Shown: piece after piece, positions 1 through 13,797 of the stretch
Layout of the letters: each line of letters starts with the position of its first letter
Numbering within the stretch: the first letter of the stretch is position 1
Origin: Octopus vulgaris
Taxonomy: Eukaryota
DNA: 64,000 bases
Assembly: GCA_951406725.2 (NCBI GenBank)
Contig: OX597816.1
Coordinates: forward strand, 121,582,001-121,646,000
Direction: 5' to 3'
Notes under the pieces: model-generated
Databases searched by the model: none
Told to the model about the DNA's origin: nothing
The model's input: only the letters and a program-made list of their open reading frames with translations
Translations under genes and position numbers: made by a program

Positions 1-493
1 CACGCATATAAGTATTTGGATATATATCTATGATATAGTTGGTGGAGGCGCGTGGCTTAGTGGTTAAGGTGTTGAACTCATGATCGTAAGGTTGTGGTTT
101 CGATTCCTGGGATCGTAAGGTTGTGGTTTCGATTCCTGGCCCAGGCGATGCGTTGTGTTCTTGAGCAAAATACTTCATTTCACGTTGCTCCAGTCCACTC
201 AGCTGGCAAAAATGAGTAATCCTGCGACGGATCGGCGTCCCGTCCAGATAGGAAATTTCTACGCCACTGAAACCGGGAAACCGGCCCTTATGAGCCTGGC
301 ATGGCTCGAGAAGGAACATATCTATGATATAGTTGAGAGGAATAGCAAAGCCTGGGCGTCATGCCACAGTTTGAGATTTGTATGGAAGCCGGACCTTTGT
401 AAAGACCTGAAGATCCGTCTCTTTGTCGCTGCAGTGGAATATATGCTGTTGTACGGGTCTGAGACTTGGACACTGAGCAAGAAACTCACTCAA
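1..493 (+). mobile_element. RTE-clade LINE fragment (post-RT region), interrupted by a SINE
   Basis: YKYLD before the SINE, then DIVERNSKAWASCHSLRFVWKPDL..KIRLFVAAVEYMLLYGSETWTL after it. This is the typical RTE signature (YLG...LLYGSETWT). Confidence 0.75.
42..317 (+). mobile_element. tRNA-derived SINE with CORE-like body and 18-bp TSD
   Basis: A box (TGGCTTAGTGG), duplicated B-box segment (GGTTTCGATTCC x2) and CORE-like TGTGTTCTTGAGCAAAATACTT. TSD atatctatgatatagttg at 24-41 and 318-335. Confidence 0.9.
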
Positions 494-1375
494 GGTAGTA
501 TTTGTGTCTCGTATCTACTGTGTTTTGGTATTGCACAGCGATTTTGTCAAATTTGTGCTCTGTGAATCGTTTTATATTGATAGTTAGCAAATGTATTTAA
601 GAGTTTTTGTTATGAACTGCTCTTGGTACATGCTATGTTATCGCTCATCGAAATGTCGAAAAGTCGGCATGTTATTCTGTAGACATAGCAGTCGACACGA
701 TCGTATCTATAAGTAAACTCAAACATTCCAAAGACTAGGTAGCCAGAAATGATGTGGTCAATTGTCTCATTACGTGGGCTGCACAGACTGCAGATGTTAG
801 AATTTTTTCCTTATTGTATTTTAGTAATTATTTGCGCCATAACATTGATCCAGCATATTATAATTCAAACGTTCTGTTTCTATTTTAGTCGCAGTCTTTG
901 AGTCATTCTTGCTATTCATTGTGGCTTACTTCTACATTGAATGCTGTGTTATTATAATTATGTTGTGTTTTTCCCTTAGGTATTTCTTTAATATATATTT
1001 TGGGATTCTGTTTTGATTGGCATTTTTTAGCCGTTTTGTTCTTATCTAAATCTTTTTCTTTAGTTCAATTAGTTTCTTCTACTTTGAACATTTTGTTTCT
1101 TTATATAAAAAAAATGTTGGTTTTCTTCATTGCTCTAACTTTGCTTGTATTTTTCTAGTCCTATTTTTATTATTTTATAGTTGTTTCCCATTTGCATGAA
1201 ACCCTGTCATTCCTATGTGCGGAGTAGGCATATTCTTCCTGCATCAGCATTTGCAAAGTGACTTCAGAAAGTTGTTACTAGTCTTTTTTCCTAAGCTCTT
1301 CTAGTCATTTAACTTCGTATTTATTATGCTAAATCTGTAGTTTATAACAAGAGGGACTAGTGTAACGACTTCCAA

Positions 1376-1935
1376 AGGATGAAAGCAAAGTCGACCTCGG
1401 CGGAATTTGAACTCAGAACGTAAAAACAGACGAAATACCGCAAAGTAATTCGCCCGGTGTGCTAACGTTTCTTATTTCTTTGTTGTCCACAAGGGGCTAA
1501 ACACAGAGGGAACAAACAAGGACAGCCAAAGGGATTAAGTCGATTACATCGACATCAGTGCGTAACTGGTACTTAATTTATCGACCCCGAAAGGATGAAA
1601 GACAAAGTCGACCTCGGCGGAATTTGAACTCAGAACGTAACGGCAGACGAAATACCTATTTCTTAACTACCCACAAGAGGCTGAACACAGAGGGGACAAA
1701 CAAGGACAGGCAAACGGATTTGGTCTCATCCCTACTACAAAAAGTAAGATATCAGATATAATAATATGATCAGAGAAAATGTAGAGCAAATCCCGACAAA
1801 AGTGAATGTTGTGTTAGAACACAAGGATGAAAGGCAAAGTCGACCTCGGCGGAATTTGAACTCAGGAACGTAACGGCAGACGAAATACGGCTACGCATTT
1901 CGCCCGGCGTGCTAACGATTCTGCCAGCTCGCCCC
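1376..1935 (-). mobile_element. Multimeric copy of the abundant SINE family (head GGCGAGCTGGCAGAATCGTTAGCAC)
   Basis: Three repeats of AAAGTCGACCTCGGCGGAATTTGAACTCAG. B box GAGTTCAAATTCC on the minus strand. Confidence 0.85.
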
Positions 1936-2461
1936 TTTATTTAGCTTTCAATATTAGTCCTGTCCTATTCTTAAAGTGCCGAAGTCGACTTTACCTTTCA
2001 TCCTTTCGAGGTCGATAAAATAAGTACCAGTTGGACACTCAGATCGACTTGCTCTTCTCCCCCAAATTGCTGGTCTTGTGCCAAAATTTGTAACCAATAT
2101 TAGTATTGTTATTCATTAGCACTCTTTTCTAATTTTTTTCATCTACTCCTCAGTATTATATGGATGGTGTTTGTCTAATTCTCTGACTTTAGTGTTTGTG
2201 TCTAATTTAGTGTTCCTAGTTTTAGTCAAGTTTCCCCTTCGTATGATAGCGTTATCATATTTGACTAATATTATACGTACTTCTACGTCTTGACTGAATA
2301 TATAAAACAAAATAGCAGCAAGGACATTTATAAAACATAAGATTTCAATTGGTTCGGCAGCTGTCATTATTTTCTGATACGGGCAACAGCAAACCATAGA
2401 TAGAAGGTCCGTAAATTGGTGCCACAAATTTCTTTGAAAATAAGTCGAAAACATATTTCTT

Positions 2462-2907
2462 AGGTAATAATTATTTCCCACTAAAAATGGATGTTGCGTG
2501 AGAACACAAAATATTCGTTATTTACCATAAGAGGACCTCTTGTATGGACTTGTAGTGCGTATAATCACTCATGTTTATAATGCTGACGGACGATAATTGT
2601 CGCTGCAACCGCCGGGACAGCCATACCACATGATTTCGCCCTTCCTTTGGCTTCTCAATGGCAGATGAATAGACACTGAGGTTCAATATATCAGCTGACA
2701 GGGGAATTTGACTGCTGTGTCTCGCCGGACATCTGCCATTGAGAAACCCGAAGGGCAAAATCACGTTTTCTAGCAGTCCCAGCGGCTCAGCGGACGATTA
2801 TCGCCTGTGCACTACAAGTCCATATGAGAGGTTCTCTTAGGGTAACTATTGAAGTATTCTGTGTTCTAACACAGCATTCACTTTTAAGTGGGAGATAAAT
2901 ATTACCT
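2462..2907. repeat. Long imperfect palindrome (fold-back element)
   Basis: Left arm ttaccataagaggacctcttgtatggacttgtagtgc is the near reverse complement of gcactacaagtccatatgagaggttctcttagggtaa. Inner pair ttctcaatggcagatg/catctgccattgagaa. Outer pair aggtaat/attacct. Confidence 0.8.
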
Positions 2908-3477
2908 TCTGGTACTAATACTGCTTATATCGCTATTAATTATATTTCTTAGCATTTTCTCAGACATTCTCCGGGAGAAAAAGATCTAAAAACGTTGTGT
3001 TACCGTCGGGATTAGCTCTACATTTTCTCTGATCATATCCTTATATCTGATATCTTACTTTTTGTAGTAGGGATGAGACCACCGATTAGAAGATCGGGCT
3101 TTGTCAGGCACGTTTTTCCACGGCTAGTTTCTCTGACGGAGCTGTAATTTAAAGTCAAGTGTCGGTCAAGAATCGGAGCCTGAATCTGGAATGTTGTCAG
3201 ACACTGACCGACTTCTATTTCCCACGTTAGCATTCAGCAGAAGCAGTTGAGTAAAATGAGAGAAAGGAGCAACGATGCTCTCGAGGAAAATCTCAGCTTC
3301 AACGAAAATCAACTAGCTGGACTGTTCCTGAAGACTTCCAGCCCAGAAGACTATAGATAATTTCTAGGAATTCCTAGCCTGGAAATCCTATCTAGCAGGG
3401 CGGGCCAAAAGTTACGCTCCGAAACATATGACATTTTATCTATATTACGTTATTATTATTGTTTTTTTTTTATATTG

Positions 3478-3645
3478 AAAGACGGTGAGCAGACAGAATC
3501 GTTAGCAACCCGAGTAAAATGTTTAACCGTATTTCGTCCGATCTGAGTTCAAAATTCCATCGAGGTCGACTTTGCCTTTCATTCTTTTGGGGGTCAATAA
3601 ATTCAGTACCAAAATTTCAATCCTTGTCCCTATAGTAGAAAGCAT
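3478..3645 (+). mobile_element. Abundant-family SINE copy, internally deleted
   Basis: Head, B box GAGTTCAAATTCC and core GACTTTGCCTTTCATTC. Confidence 0.75.
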
Positions 3646-4355
3646 TATTTTTTTTATTATTATTACTTTTGTTTATCATGTACTAGTACGTGTGTATTTT
3701 ATTTATTTTATTTATTTTAATGAAGTTTAGAAAAATTGAATCATGTATTGAACTTATTTTGTGCGCGACATTTGGCCTACTCTTTACAGCGTTCCTTGCT
3801 TGGTTATAGCAAACAGCTCAACTCTAGGGACACCATAAAGCTTAATATATTTCCTCTACTTTCTCATTTTCTTTTTTACTCACCTAATCATAAAGCCACA
3901 CATTTTTTGGTGATCTCTTTTAATGTCCCTCTATCCGTTGCTCTTATGGAAAAGAGCAGAAATTATAATAAGCTAGGACATGCTAATTTAATTAGCAGGA
4001 ATTTTATTTTGAGCTTTAGTGACAACAAGTCTCTTCAAATCTCAAGAATCTTTCTTGAGATTCTTGCAGAATATAGTATGATACGTGTCGCAATTCTGAT
4101 CTAGTCTTAGTCTTTTAGATAGAAGTTTAGATGTACAAATTACCACAGGAATAATTGCTGTCTTTATCGTTCACACTCTCTTCAGCTCTCTGGGCTATAT
4201 CTTAATATTTCTCAATTTTTCCAGTTTCTATGGTATCGACTCTGTTATCATAAGGAATTGCAAAGTCTATGATCTTACACTGTTTATATTACCCTTTATA
4301 ATAATATCTGGTCATCTACTATCTGCTCATCGTGCTAACGATTCTGCCCTCTACT

Positions 4356-4568
4356 GGGCGGTGAGATGGCAGAACCATTAGCTCTTCGAACAAAATGCTT
4401 CGCAGCATTTCGCCCGTCTTTATGTACTGAGTTCAAATTCACCCGAGGTCAACTTTACCTTTCATCCTTTCGATGGCGATAAAATAAAGTACAAGTTGAG
4501 TACTAGGGTCGATGTAATCGTGTTACTCATCTTCTAAAATTGCTGGCTTTGTGCCAAAATGTGAAATA
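4356..4568 (+). mobile_element. Abundant-family SINE copy
   Basis: Same head, B box, core and TTGTGCCAAAAT tail as the other copies. Confidence 0.8.
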
Positions 4569-5616
4569 TTACGAGCCGGGACGTCTGGCATGAAGAGTGC
4601 CGTGTAACGCGAAGAGTGCCGTCAGGTGCTCACAGCCTTCTGCCAGCTCGGCAATATGGTCGGTGGATGTTCCATCATAGCGTTCACAGAGGATTAGTGA
4701 TGGGTAGGAATGACAACGTTCTCTTAAAGCCTTGGACATCAATGAAAATTAGCCATCTGGTCTTTTCCGGACGAGGCCCATGGATAATTTCCAGAAATCC
4801 ATAGTCCAGTAGTATCACCGAGCTGCATTGCCTGTTCGAGATAAGCTCTTCAGGCATGGTAGACCCGTCAGCTACGCCAGCTTGGGATGCACGCATAACG
4901 ACGAAAACGTTCTGCACGCACTTGTACGGTATTCCAGCATCCAGCTTGTGGAGTTATGTCGAACACCAGCTGTCGCATGTAAGACGGATACAGTTATCAG
5001 CCGACATTTTTGTAAAGAATGTCCCACCGTCTTTCTTTGGCGGGGAAGGTCAAGCAGTTTTCCACTGTCCTGTGGCTACAATGAAAGTAGTTGTGTAGTG
5101 GATGTAACAGAAAGAGCAGTTTTCACCTCGACCATGTCCTCGTCAATTTTTCCAGGTTCCATTTGGAAAGGAAAGTGAGAACGAAGAGGGAGGTGTCATT
5201 TCCCAGTAAATTTGTTGGAAATGGGTGAATCTAGTGAGAATGGCACAAGTAAATGAACCGGCTCTAAGCATGCGCCTCTAGACTGAAATTTGTTGGAGAG
5301 GAGCATTTAGTATAGTGCATCTGATGAACAGAGTGACTCGTGTTTGAGGTATTCATTAGTCGTCCCTAGGTGGCGATCCCACCCCTAATAATGAATTTTT
5401 TGCAATAATTCTATTGTTGTTACTGTTTTTATTGTTTAAACTTGTTTTGTATAAATCCCCATTGTACTTTGTTTTACACTGTTTAGTCTAATGGATAGAA
5501 TTTTAGATGTGCAAATTACCACAGAAATAATTAATGTCTTTGTCATAAGGGGCATGCGCCCCTTATGGGCAATATAGAAATAGTAATAACATTATTATTA
5601 TTATTATTATTATTAT

Positions 5617-8593
5617 ATGTTTGACTTTTGCTTTATATTTGTACAAGTTGGCTCCAAGTCTCACCCGGAAACCTCAAGAGACAACAGGTTGGAAGTTCAC
5701 GTTGTTGTTATGCCTAGTGTGCCATATATTTGGTTGTTTTTTTGTGTTGTACTAGTGGATGTCTAAAAAATAAAAAATAAATTTTTAAAATTTTTTAATG
5801 TTTGTTTTAAACCTTATATCACATAGAAAATATTTTGCGTAGGATATGAGCAGTTCCCATGAGCACTATCTTTTGAATTTCTGCCATTTTGGGGTTTCCT
5901 GGTATCTGAGTTAGGTAGCAATCAGCCCCTTTTGCTATCATTCCCAGGGCACCTATGACAACAGGTATTGTTTTAGTCTTCAGGTTCCACATTTTGCTGA
6001 TTTCTATTTCAAGATCTTTATATTTGCTCAGTTTTTGGTAGGTCTTGACAGATACGTTTATATCGACTGGGACAGTCATATCAATGAGGAGGCATGTTCT
6101 TTGTTTGAAGTCTTTCAATATGATGTCTGGTCTATTTGCATCTATCTTTCTGTCAGTTTGAATGGTGAAGTTCCAGAGGAGTGAGATGTGGTCATTTTCA
6201 AGCACTGGGGGTGGTTTGTGTTCCCACCAGTTTTTTCATGGGGCAAATCCAGGTTTTTGCAGATTACCCAGTGAATATATTGTGCAGCTCTATCGTGCCT
6301 GTTAAGATACTTTGTAGGCGCTAGAAGACTGCACTTGGAGACCACATGATCAATGGTTTCATTTTGTTGCTGGCATACACGACACATTGGGCTACTGCCA
6401 ATCTTTAATATGTTGGCCTGGTAGTTTCTTGTTGGTAGGCATTGATCTTGAGCTGCTATGATAAACCCCTCTGTTTCAGATTTTAAGCCAGAGGCCATTA
6501 GCCATTGATGGGTCAGGGCTTTGTCAACATCTGCATTATTCGCTTTCTTTGGGTATTTGCCATAGAGAGGTTTTTCTTGCCATTTATCATTCAGAATATC
6601 TAAGGCCGCAGATTTAGTACGGGTTTTCATGCGCTTAGCTTTTTCTGTGTCTGTTTCTTGTATGTCTATCTCTAATTCCGAAATTTGTTGTATTCGGAAT
6701 TCACTTAGATATTCCTTCGCCTGTTTTGTTACTGAGTATGATGCTTTCTTGTTTTCATGTTTTGAGACAAGTTTTAACATCCAGTCCTCAGAGTTTTTCA
6801 GGTAGGTGTCTAGGCCAATTGTAGCAATCTTCATTGTTATTGCCAGTTGTAAAAGTCCACGGCCTCCCTCTTTTCTTGGCAGATAAAGTCGTTCTGTATC
6901 TGCCTTAGGGTGGTGCATTCTATGTATTGTCAACAGTTTTCGTATTTTTCTGTCAAGATTACATATTTCTGACCAGTTAACGATATTGAAACTGTAAGTC
7001 ACGACTGGTATTGATCGCTCCGATCCTGTTTCTCGCATTCAGCTCTGTCTTGAGTATTGCTCTTACTCTGCGATAACATTCTCTCCTGATCCTTTCCTTC
7101 ATCTCTGAATGCCTTATTCCGTCTCCTTCTTGTAGTTCTCCGCTGGGTCTAATTCTTTTATGACATTCTGCTGGTCAAGGTTAACGTTAGGTGTTTCTGT
7201 CATTTTTCCTTTGATAAAGGTAGCTTTTGCACACTTATCGAGGCCAAATTGCATTCTGATGTCATCACTGAATTGTTTGACAATCGCTAGTAAGCCCTTG
7301 AGTTGTTGGTCATTTTTTGCAAAGAGTTTAAATCATCCATGTAAATGAGATGATTTATATTTTTATCAAACATTTTATATCCGTACTGCGCGTCATTGAG
7401 CAGTTTTGAGAGAGGTATTAAGGCTAAACAGAAGAGGAGTGGTGATAGTGAGTCACCCTGGAAAATGTCACATGAAATTGTTACATCACCAGCATTTAGA
7501 GATTCATTGTCACTGTTCAAAGTTAGTGTGGTTCTCCATGATCTCATACTTACAGACAAAAAGTTTCGCAGAGTAGGTGCTATCTTATACATTTCTAGGT
7601 ATTTGTTAATCCAGCTATGTGGAAGGCTATCAAAAGCCTTTTTATAGTCTATCCAGGCTATTGATAAGTTTTGTGTCGTTTGTGACAATTTTCTATGATC
7701 ATCTTATTGATGAGTAGTTGATCTTTACAACCGTAGGATCCACGTTGACATCCTTTCTGTTCATTAGGAAATATGCTGCTGTCTGTCAAAAAACTATAGG
7801 TATATTCCGTCAGGACAGATGTTAGTGTTTTATACATAGTTGTTAAGCAGGTTATGGGTCTGTAGATTTTTGGTTCATTTGTTTCTTCACTTTTTGGAAG
7901 CAGGAATGTTAACCTATTAACTAGCCAAGAAGGCATCCTACTAGGGTGTTGCAAAACATCATTGTAAAGTCCTGTTAGCAGTTCATGGCTCTCTGGGAAG
8001 GCATTCAACCAGAAGTTAGGGATTTTATCCTTTCCTGGAGACTTCCATTTGCTTGACCTCCTGAGAGCAGATCTTATATCTTCTACCTTGACACCCTCCC
8101 ACTTTTGCTCTTCTAAGGAGTCCAGTTCTTTAGATATTCTATCAATCCAGGGGGCCTTTTCGCTGTGTGTTTTTTCTTCTGCCCAAATTTTATTCCAAAA
8201 TCCCTGCACTTCTTCTTTTGATGGTACAGACTTTACAGTAACTGGTGTTTTTCCTATCTTCCTGTAAAAATTTTTGGGGTTATTTTTGAACATGTTGTTG
8301 TCCCTGAAGAATCTAACACGCTTTTCATACCTCGCTATGCGGGCAGCTTTAGCAGATACCTTTTGCTTGATGGTTTCTATGGTGGCATCAATATCAAGTA
8401 TAGTTTTCATATTATATTTTCTCATTAGTTTTTGGGTTTTTGTAGGTTTGGTAGTCTTATGAACCTTAAGGTTTTTCAAATATTCAATGTCAGATCTAAA
8501 TAGTTTAATTTGTTGTTGCAAACGCTCTTGCCAAAAAGGCTTTTTGTGGAAATGTTGCCGTTTTCTAATCTTTTCACCACATAGGATCGTTGA

Positions 8594-8594
<1 letters not shown>
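5617..8594 (-). mobile_element. 5'-truncated R4/Dong-type non-LTR retrotransposon (RT, CCHC, REL endonuclease), frameshifted
   Basis: ORFs 7658-8596, 7287-7688, 6142-7038 and 5819-6205 carry [50 protein letters not shown] and RPDII..LIDMTVP..K..KY. About 200 bp of 3' UTR. (TAA)n on both sides. Confidence 0.93.

Positions 8595-8660
<66 letters not shown>
8595..8660. repeat. (ATT)n microsatellite
   Basis: Direct reading. Confidence 0.95.
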
Positions 8661-8662
<2 letters not shown>

Positions 8663-9101
8663 GAAGGCGAGCTGGCAGAATCGTTAGCACGCCGGCGAAA
8701 TGCTTAGCGGCATTTCGTCCGTCCTTACGTTCTGAGTTCAAATTCAACCAATATCGTCTTTGCTTTTCATTCTTTGGGGATCGATAAATTCAGTACCAGT
8801 GAAACACGGGGATCGATGTAATCCGCTGTCACCCTCTTCCAAATTTCAAGCCTTGTGCCTATAGTAGAAAGGATTGTAAATATCATTATTCAGGCGGCGA
8901 GCTGGCAGAATCGTCAGCACGACAGGCAAAATGCTTTGCGACATTTTGTTCGTCTTTACGTTTTAAGTTCAAATTCTGCCGAGATCGACATTCTTTCGGA
9001 GTCGATAAAATAAGTGCCAGTTGAGTACTGGAATCGATGTAATCGATTTAACCACCCCGCCTCCTGCCAATATTTCAGGCTTTGTGCCTATAGTAGAAAG
9101 G
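8663..9101 (+). mobile_element. Two head-to-tail abundant-family SINE copies
   Basis: Heads at ~8663 and ~8892. Each ends in TGTGCCTATAGTAGAAAGGATT. Confidence 0.85.
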
Positions 9102-9167
<66 letters not shown>

Positions 9168-9236
9168 TACACATCTCCACTCTACTCAGTTCACAAAATA
9201 TTTGACGTGGTGTAAACATAAGAAGTCTTCTTACAC

Positions 9237-9300
<64 letters not shown>

Positions 9301-9539
9301 CTATCACTACCGATAACATAATCATGGTTATTTCCGGCAACAGCAGCATCAGCAACATTGGTATTTACTTTGTTTCATTTGGTGCTCGCGTGGCAAATAA
9401 ATAAATCGTGGTCGTAGTCGTCGTCGTCGTTGTTGTTGTTGTTGTTATTGTTGTTGTTATTGTTGCTGCCGCTTTTGTTGTTGTAATACCTCCCCTCTCG
9501 TGCACAAAAATCAAGGGAAAATATTTTTGTAGTTATTAC

Positions 9540-9579
<40 letters not shown>

Positions 9580-9596
9580 GATGATGCTATTGGTGT

Positions 9597-9627
<31 letters not shown>

Positions 9628-9640
9628 CCTGCTGCTGCTA
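9102..9640. repeat. Cluster of (ATT)n, (CAT)n, (GTT)n and (GCT)n tracts
   Basis: Direct reading. Confidence 0.9.
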
Positions 9641-9835
9641 TGACGGTAAGTACTGGGTGTGAAATGTCAAAACAGTCTTTGGGGTACAATTCCTCATTTG
9701 ATTCCTACCCTATGATGCAATCCCCAAAGCTACTCCCTGTAGGATTTCATTTCAAAATTTTCACCGCATTAAGACAAAAATTTTTTTTCTTTAAATCTTT
9801 GTTTGTAAATCTCTTACAAAGTTGTTTATTTATGT

Positions 9836-10970
<1,135 letters not shown>

Positions 10971-10979
10971 CATTTTTTT

Positions 10980-11171
10980 TTGTTTCAGTCATTAGACTGC
11001 AGTCATGCAGGGGCAAGGCTTGATAAATCTTTAGTCCAATGAATTGACCCCAGTACTCTTTTTAAACCTTGTACTTATTCTATCGGTGTATTTTACTGAA
11101 CCGCTAGATTACGAGGACGTAAGCATACCAACAGCGGTAGTCAAGCGGTAGTGGAGGACAATGACACAAAG

Positions 11172-11229
<58 letters not shown>

Positions 11230-11362
11230 CTATACGACGGTCTTCTTTCAGTTTCTGTCAACTAAATCCACTCACGAGGCTTTGGTTGGTCCGTGGTTAT
11301 AGTAGAAGACACTTACCCAAGTGCCACGCATTGGGACTGAAACCGGAACTATATAGTTGGGA
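10980..11362 (-). mobile_element. Composite SINE with internal microsatellite (tail ...ACTGAAAC)
   Basis: Homologous to the copies at 28121-28555 and 57243-57620. Confidence 0.75.
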
Positions 11363-11609
11363 AGATCGGGCGTTGCATTGTGTTCTTAAGCAAAACACTC
11401 CATTTCATGTTGCCTTGCGATCATTTCGCCATCTGACATGTGGCACGCCGTGCACCTGTACAGGTAATGTCAATTTGATGGATGGAGTGAGCTTATGTGA
11501 ACACAAACATTTGAACATTTGATCTCTATAAACAAACCATCTGTGCGGTTGTTCAGCAAGAAATTGAAGAACTCTCATACATCGCCTAATGACCGGAGAG
11601 TGTATAATG

Positions 11610-11720
<111 letters not shown>

Positions 11721-12382
11721 TGTGTGTGTGTGTGTGCGTAAATTAATATAAACAGCTAGGTGAAATATATTTCTTGCAACATAGGTGTTTCAGTACCGGT
11801 GCACCAGCATGGCCACAGTCAAATAACTGAAACAAGTAAAAGAATAAAAGAATATATATGTATATTCTTTCTTTTATTTATTTTAGTTATTAGACTGCAG
11901 CCATACTGGAGCTCTGCCTTTATGGGATATGTCAATTCATTTTTTAAATCTGACTTTTTTTTCTATCGGTCGCTTAGCGTCGAACCGCCATGTAAACAAA
12001 CCAACGTTGGTTTTAAAGCAGATGGAGACAAACACAAAAAAATTCGTGCATATGCGGCCGCACACATTCAAATATACCTCACCACCCACACAAATTTGTA
12101 TGTGAAGAGCGGGCTTCCAGAGTGTTTCCTTCCACCAATCTCACCCACAAGGTATTTTTCAACCAGAGGCAAATAGTTCAATGCTTCATGCAAGTGGTAC
12201 TGAACCCACAGCCATGTGGCTGAGGAGCGAGCTCCTTAACTGCATAACTATGCTTGTACGAAGTGCATAAATTTAAGGTTTTACGTCAGCTTTGTTCAGA
12301 CAATTAGCACGCAGGTGGTCGGCCGAAACATTTCCCCAGTTATATTGGGATGCCCTTTATCTGAGAACTATACTGTACACCT

Positions 12383-12722
12383 GTGAAGGCGCATGGCTCA
12401 GTGGTTAGAGCGTCGAGCTTATGACCGTGAGGTAGTGAGTTCGATTCCCGGACCGGGCTGTGTGTTGTGTTCTTGAGCAAGACACATTATAGTTCACGTT
12501 GCTCCAGCTCTCTCAGCTGTAGAAATGAGTTGCGACGTCACTGGTGCCAAGCTGTATCAGCCCTTGCCTTTCCCTTGGATAACATCGGTAGCGTGATGAG
12601 GGGAGGCCGGTATGCATGGGCGACTGCTGGTCTTCCATAAACAACCTTGCCCAGACTTGTGCCTTGGAGGGTAACTTTCTAGGTGCAATCCCATGGTCAT
12701 TCATGACTGAAGGGGGTCACCC
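12383..12722 (+). mobile_element. tRNA-derived CORE-like SINE with a distinct 3' tail
   Basis: A box TGGCTCAGTGG and B box GAGTTCGATTCC. Near-TSD ctatactgtacac (12368-12380) / ctatactatacac (12723-12735). Confidence 0.85.
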
Positions 12723-12983
12723 CTATACTATACACATCGAAAAGTAGTAAGGAATTTTATTTGATGCAGAGTGACATATTTGCATTCTACCTGTTGTCCA
12801 GTCTCTTCTTTTACTTGTTTCAGTCATTGAACTATGACCACGCTGGGGCATCGACTTAAGGGATTTTAGTCAAACAAATCGACTCCAGTATTTTGTTTTC
12901 AAAACCTGTTACTTATGCAATCGCATATTTTGCTGAACCGTTAAGTTACCAACACCGCTCATCTAGCATCGAGCACACGCACG

Positions 12984-13057
<74 letters not shown>

Positions 13058-13286
13058 TACACACACACACACACACACGCACGCACGCACACACACGCAC
13101 GCATGCACACACATACACACACACACACAGATATAGATGTAACGCAAAACAATACGGATTTTAAATCTGGGCAGGTGTCTTACAAGTTTGATAAAATCCA
13201 GAATTGGCTAATCACATCAAGAGATAGGAAACATTTAAATCCTCAGTTCGCTTAAATGGATTTTACGTAGAATACAGAGTATATTG

Positions 13287-13664
13287 TCAAGACATAATAA
13301 TGAATAATAGAGAGATATACATGATTAACATTTACTTAATAAAAAGCAGTTTCTTCATATTACATTCCGACACGTGTTTCTACTGAATTAGTGTCCTAGA
13401 CACCTTTGATATATTAGTTTTGTGCATTTAGTCGATTTATATAAAATCATTTGTAGTACACATACAAATCCAAAGGTTGACAGTCCTATACAGTTTCATT
13501 TAAGGTGTTTCCCATACGAGTGGCTGAAGCGAACTATTGTATCACAGGACCCTAAGACACTAATTCAGCAGAAACACGTGTCGGAATGTAATATGAAGAA
13601 AATACTTTTTTTAAAATAAATGTTAAAGATGCATATCTACCCAATCTTCGTTATTATGTCTTGA
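13287..13664. repeat. Inverted repeat (arms 13287-13399 / 13552-13664), probable Penelope-like terminus
   Basis: ttccgacacgtgtttctactgaattagtgtc pairs with gacactaattcagcagaaacacgtgtcggaa. Both arms contain the hammerhead 3' half GAAACACGTGTC. Confidence 0.7.
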
Positions 13665-13797
13665 TATACTTCGTTTTTGTATCTGGTTTGCAAGATTCTT
13701 TATGTGAATTTGTGTGTTGAAACAAATTTTGTTTGCGTAACTTGGTTAAACAGCAAGTCATTTGTTTTGTTTCGTCTTGATACATTCATACATACAT

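Noticed and set aside
2886-3004. Intron whose removal would explain the 1721-1823 junction
   Set aside because: GT..AG splicing predicts CCCGACGTGAATG, but the observed junction is CCCGACAAAAGTGAATG.
12383-12455. tRNA gene (also at 42-140, 35915-35989 and 51670-51743)
   Set aside because: A and B boxes are present, but they continue into SINE bodies with TSDs, with no proper acceptor stem or terminator.
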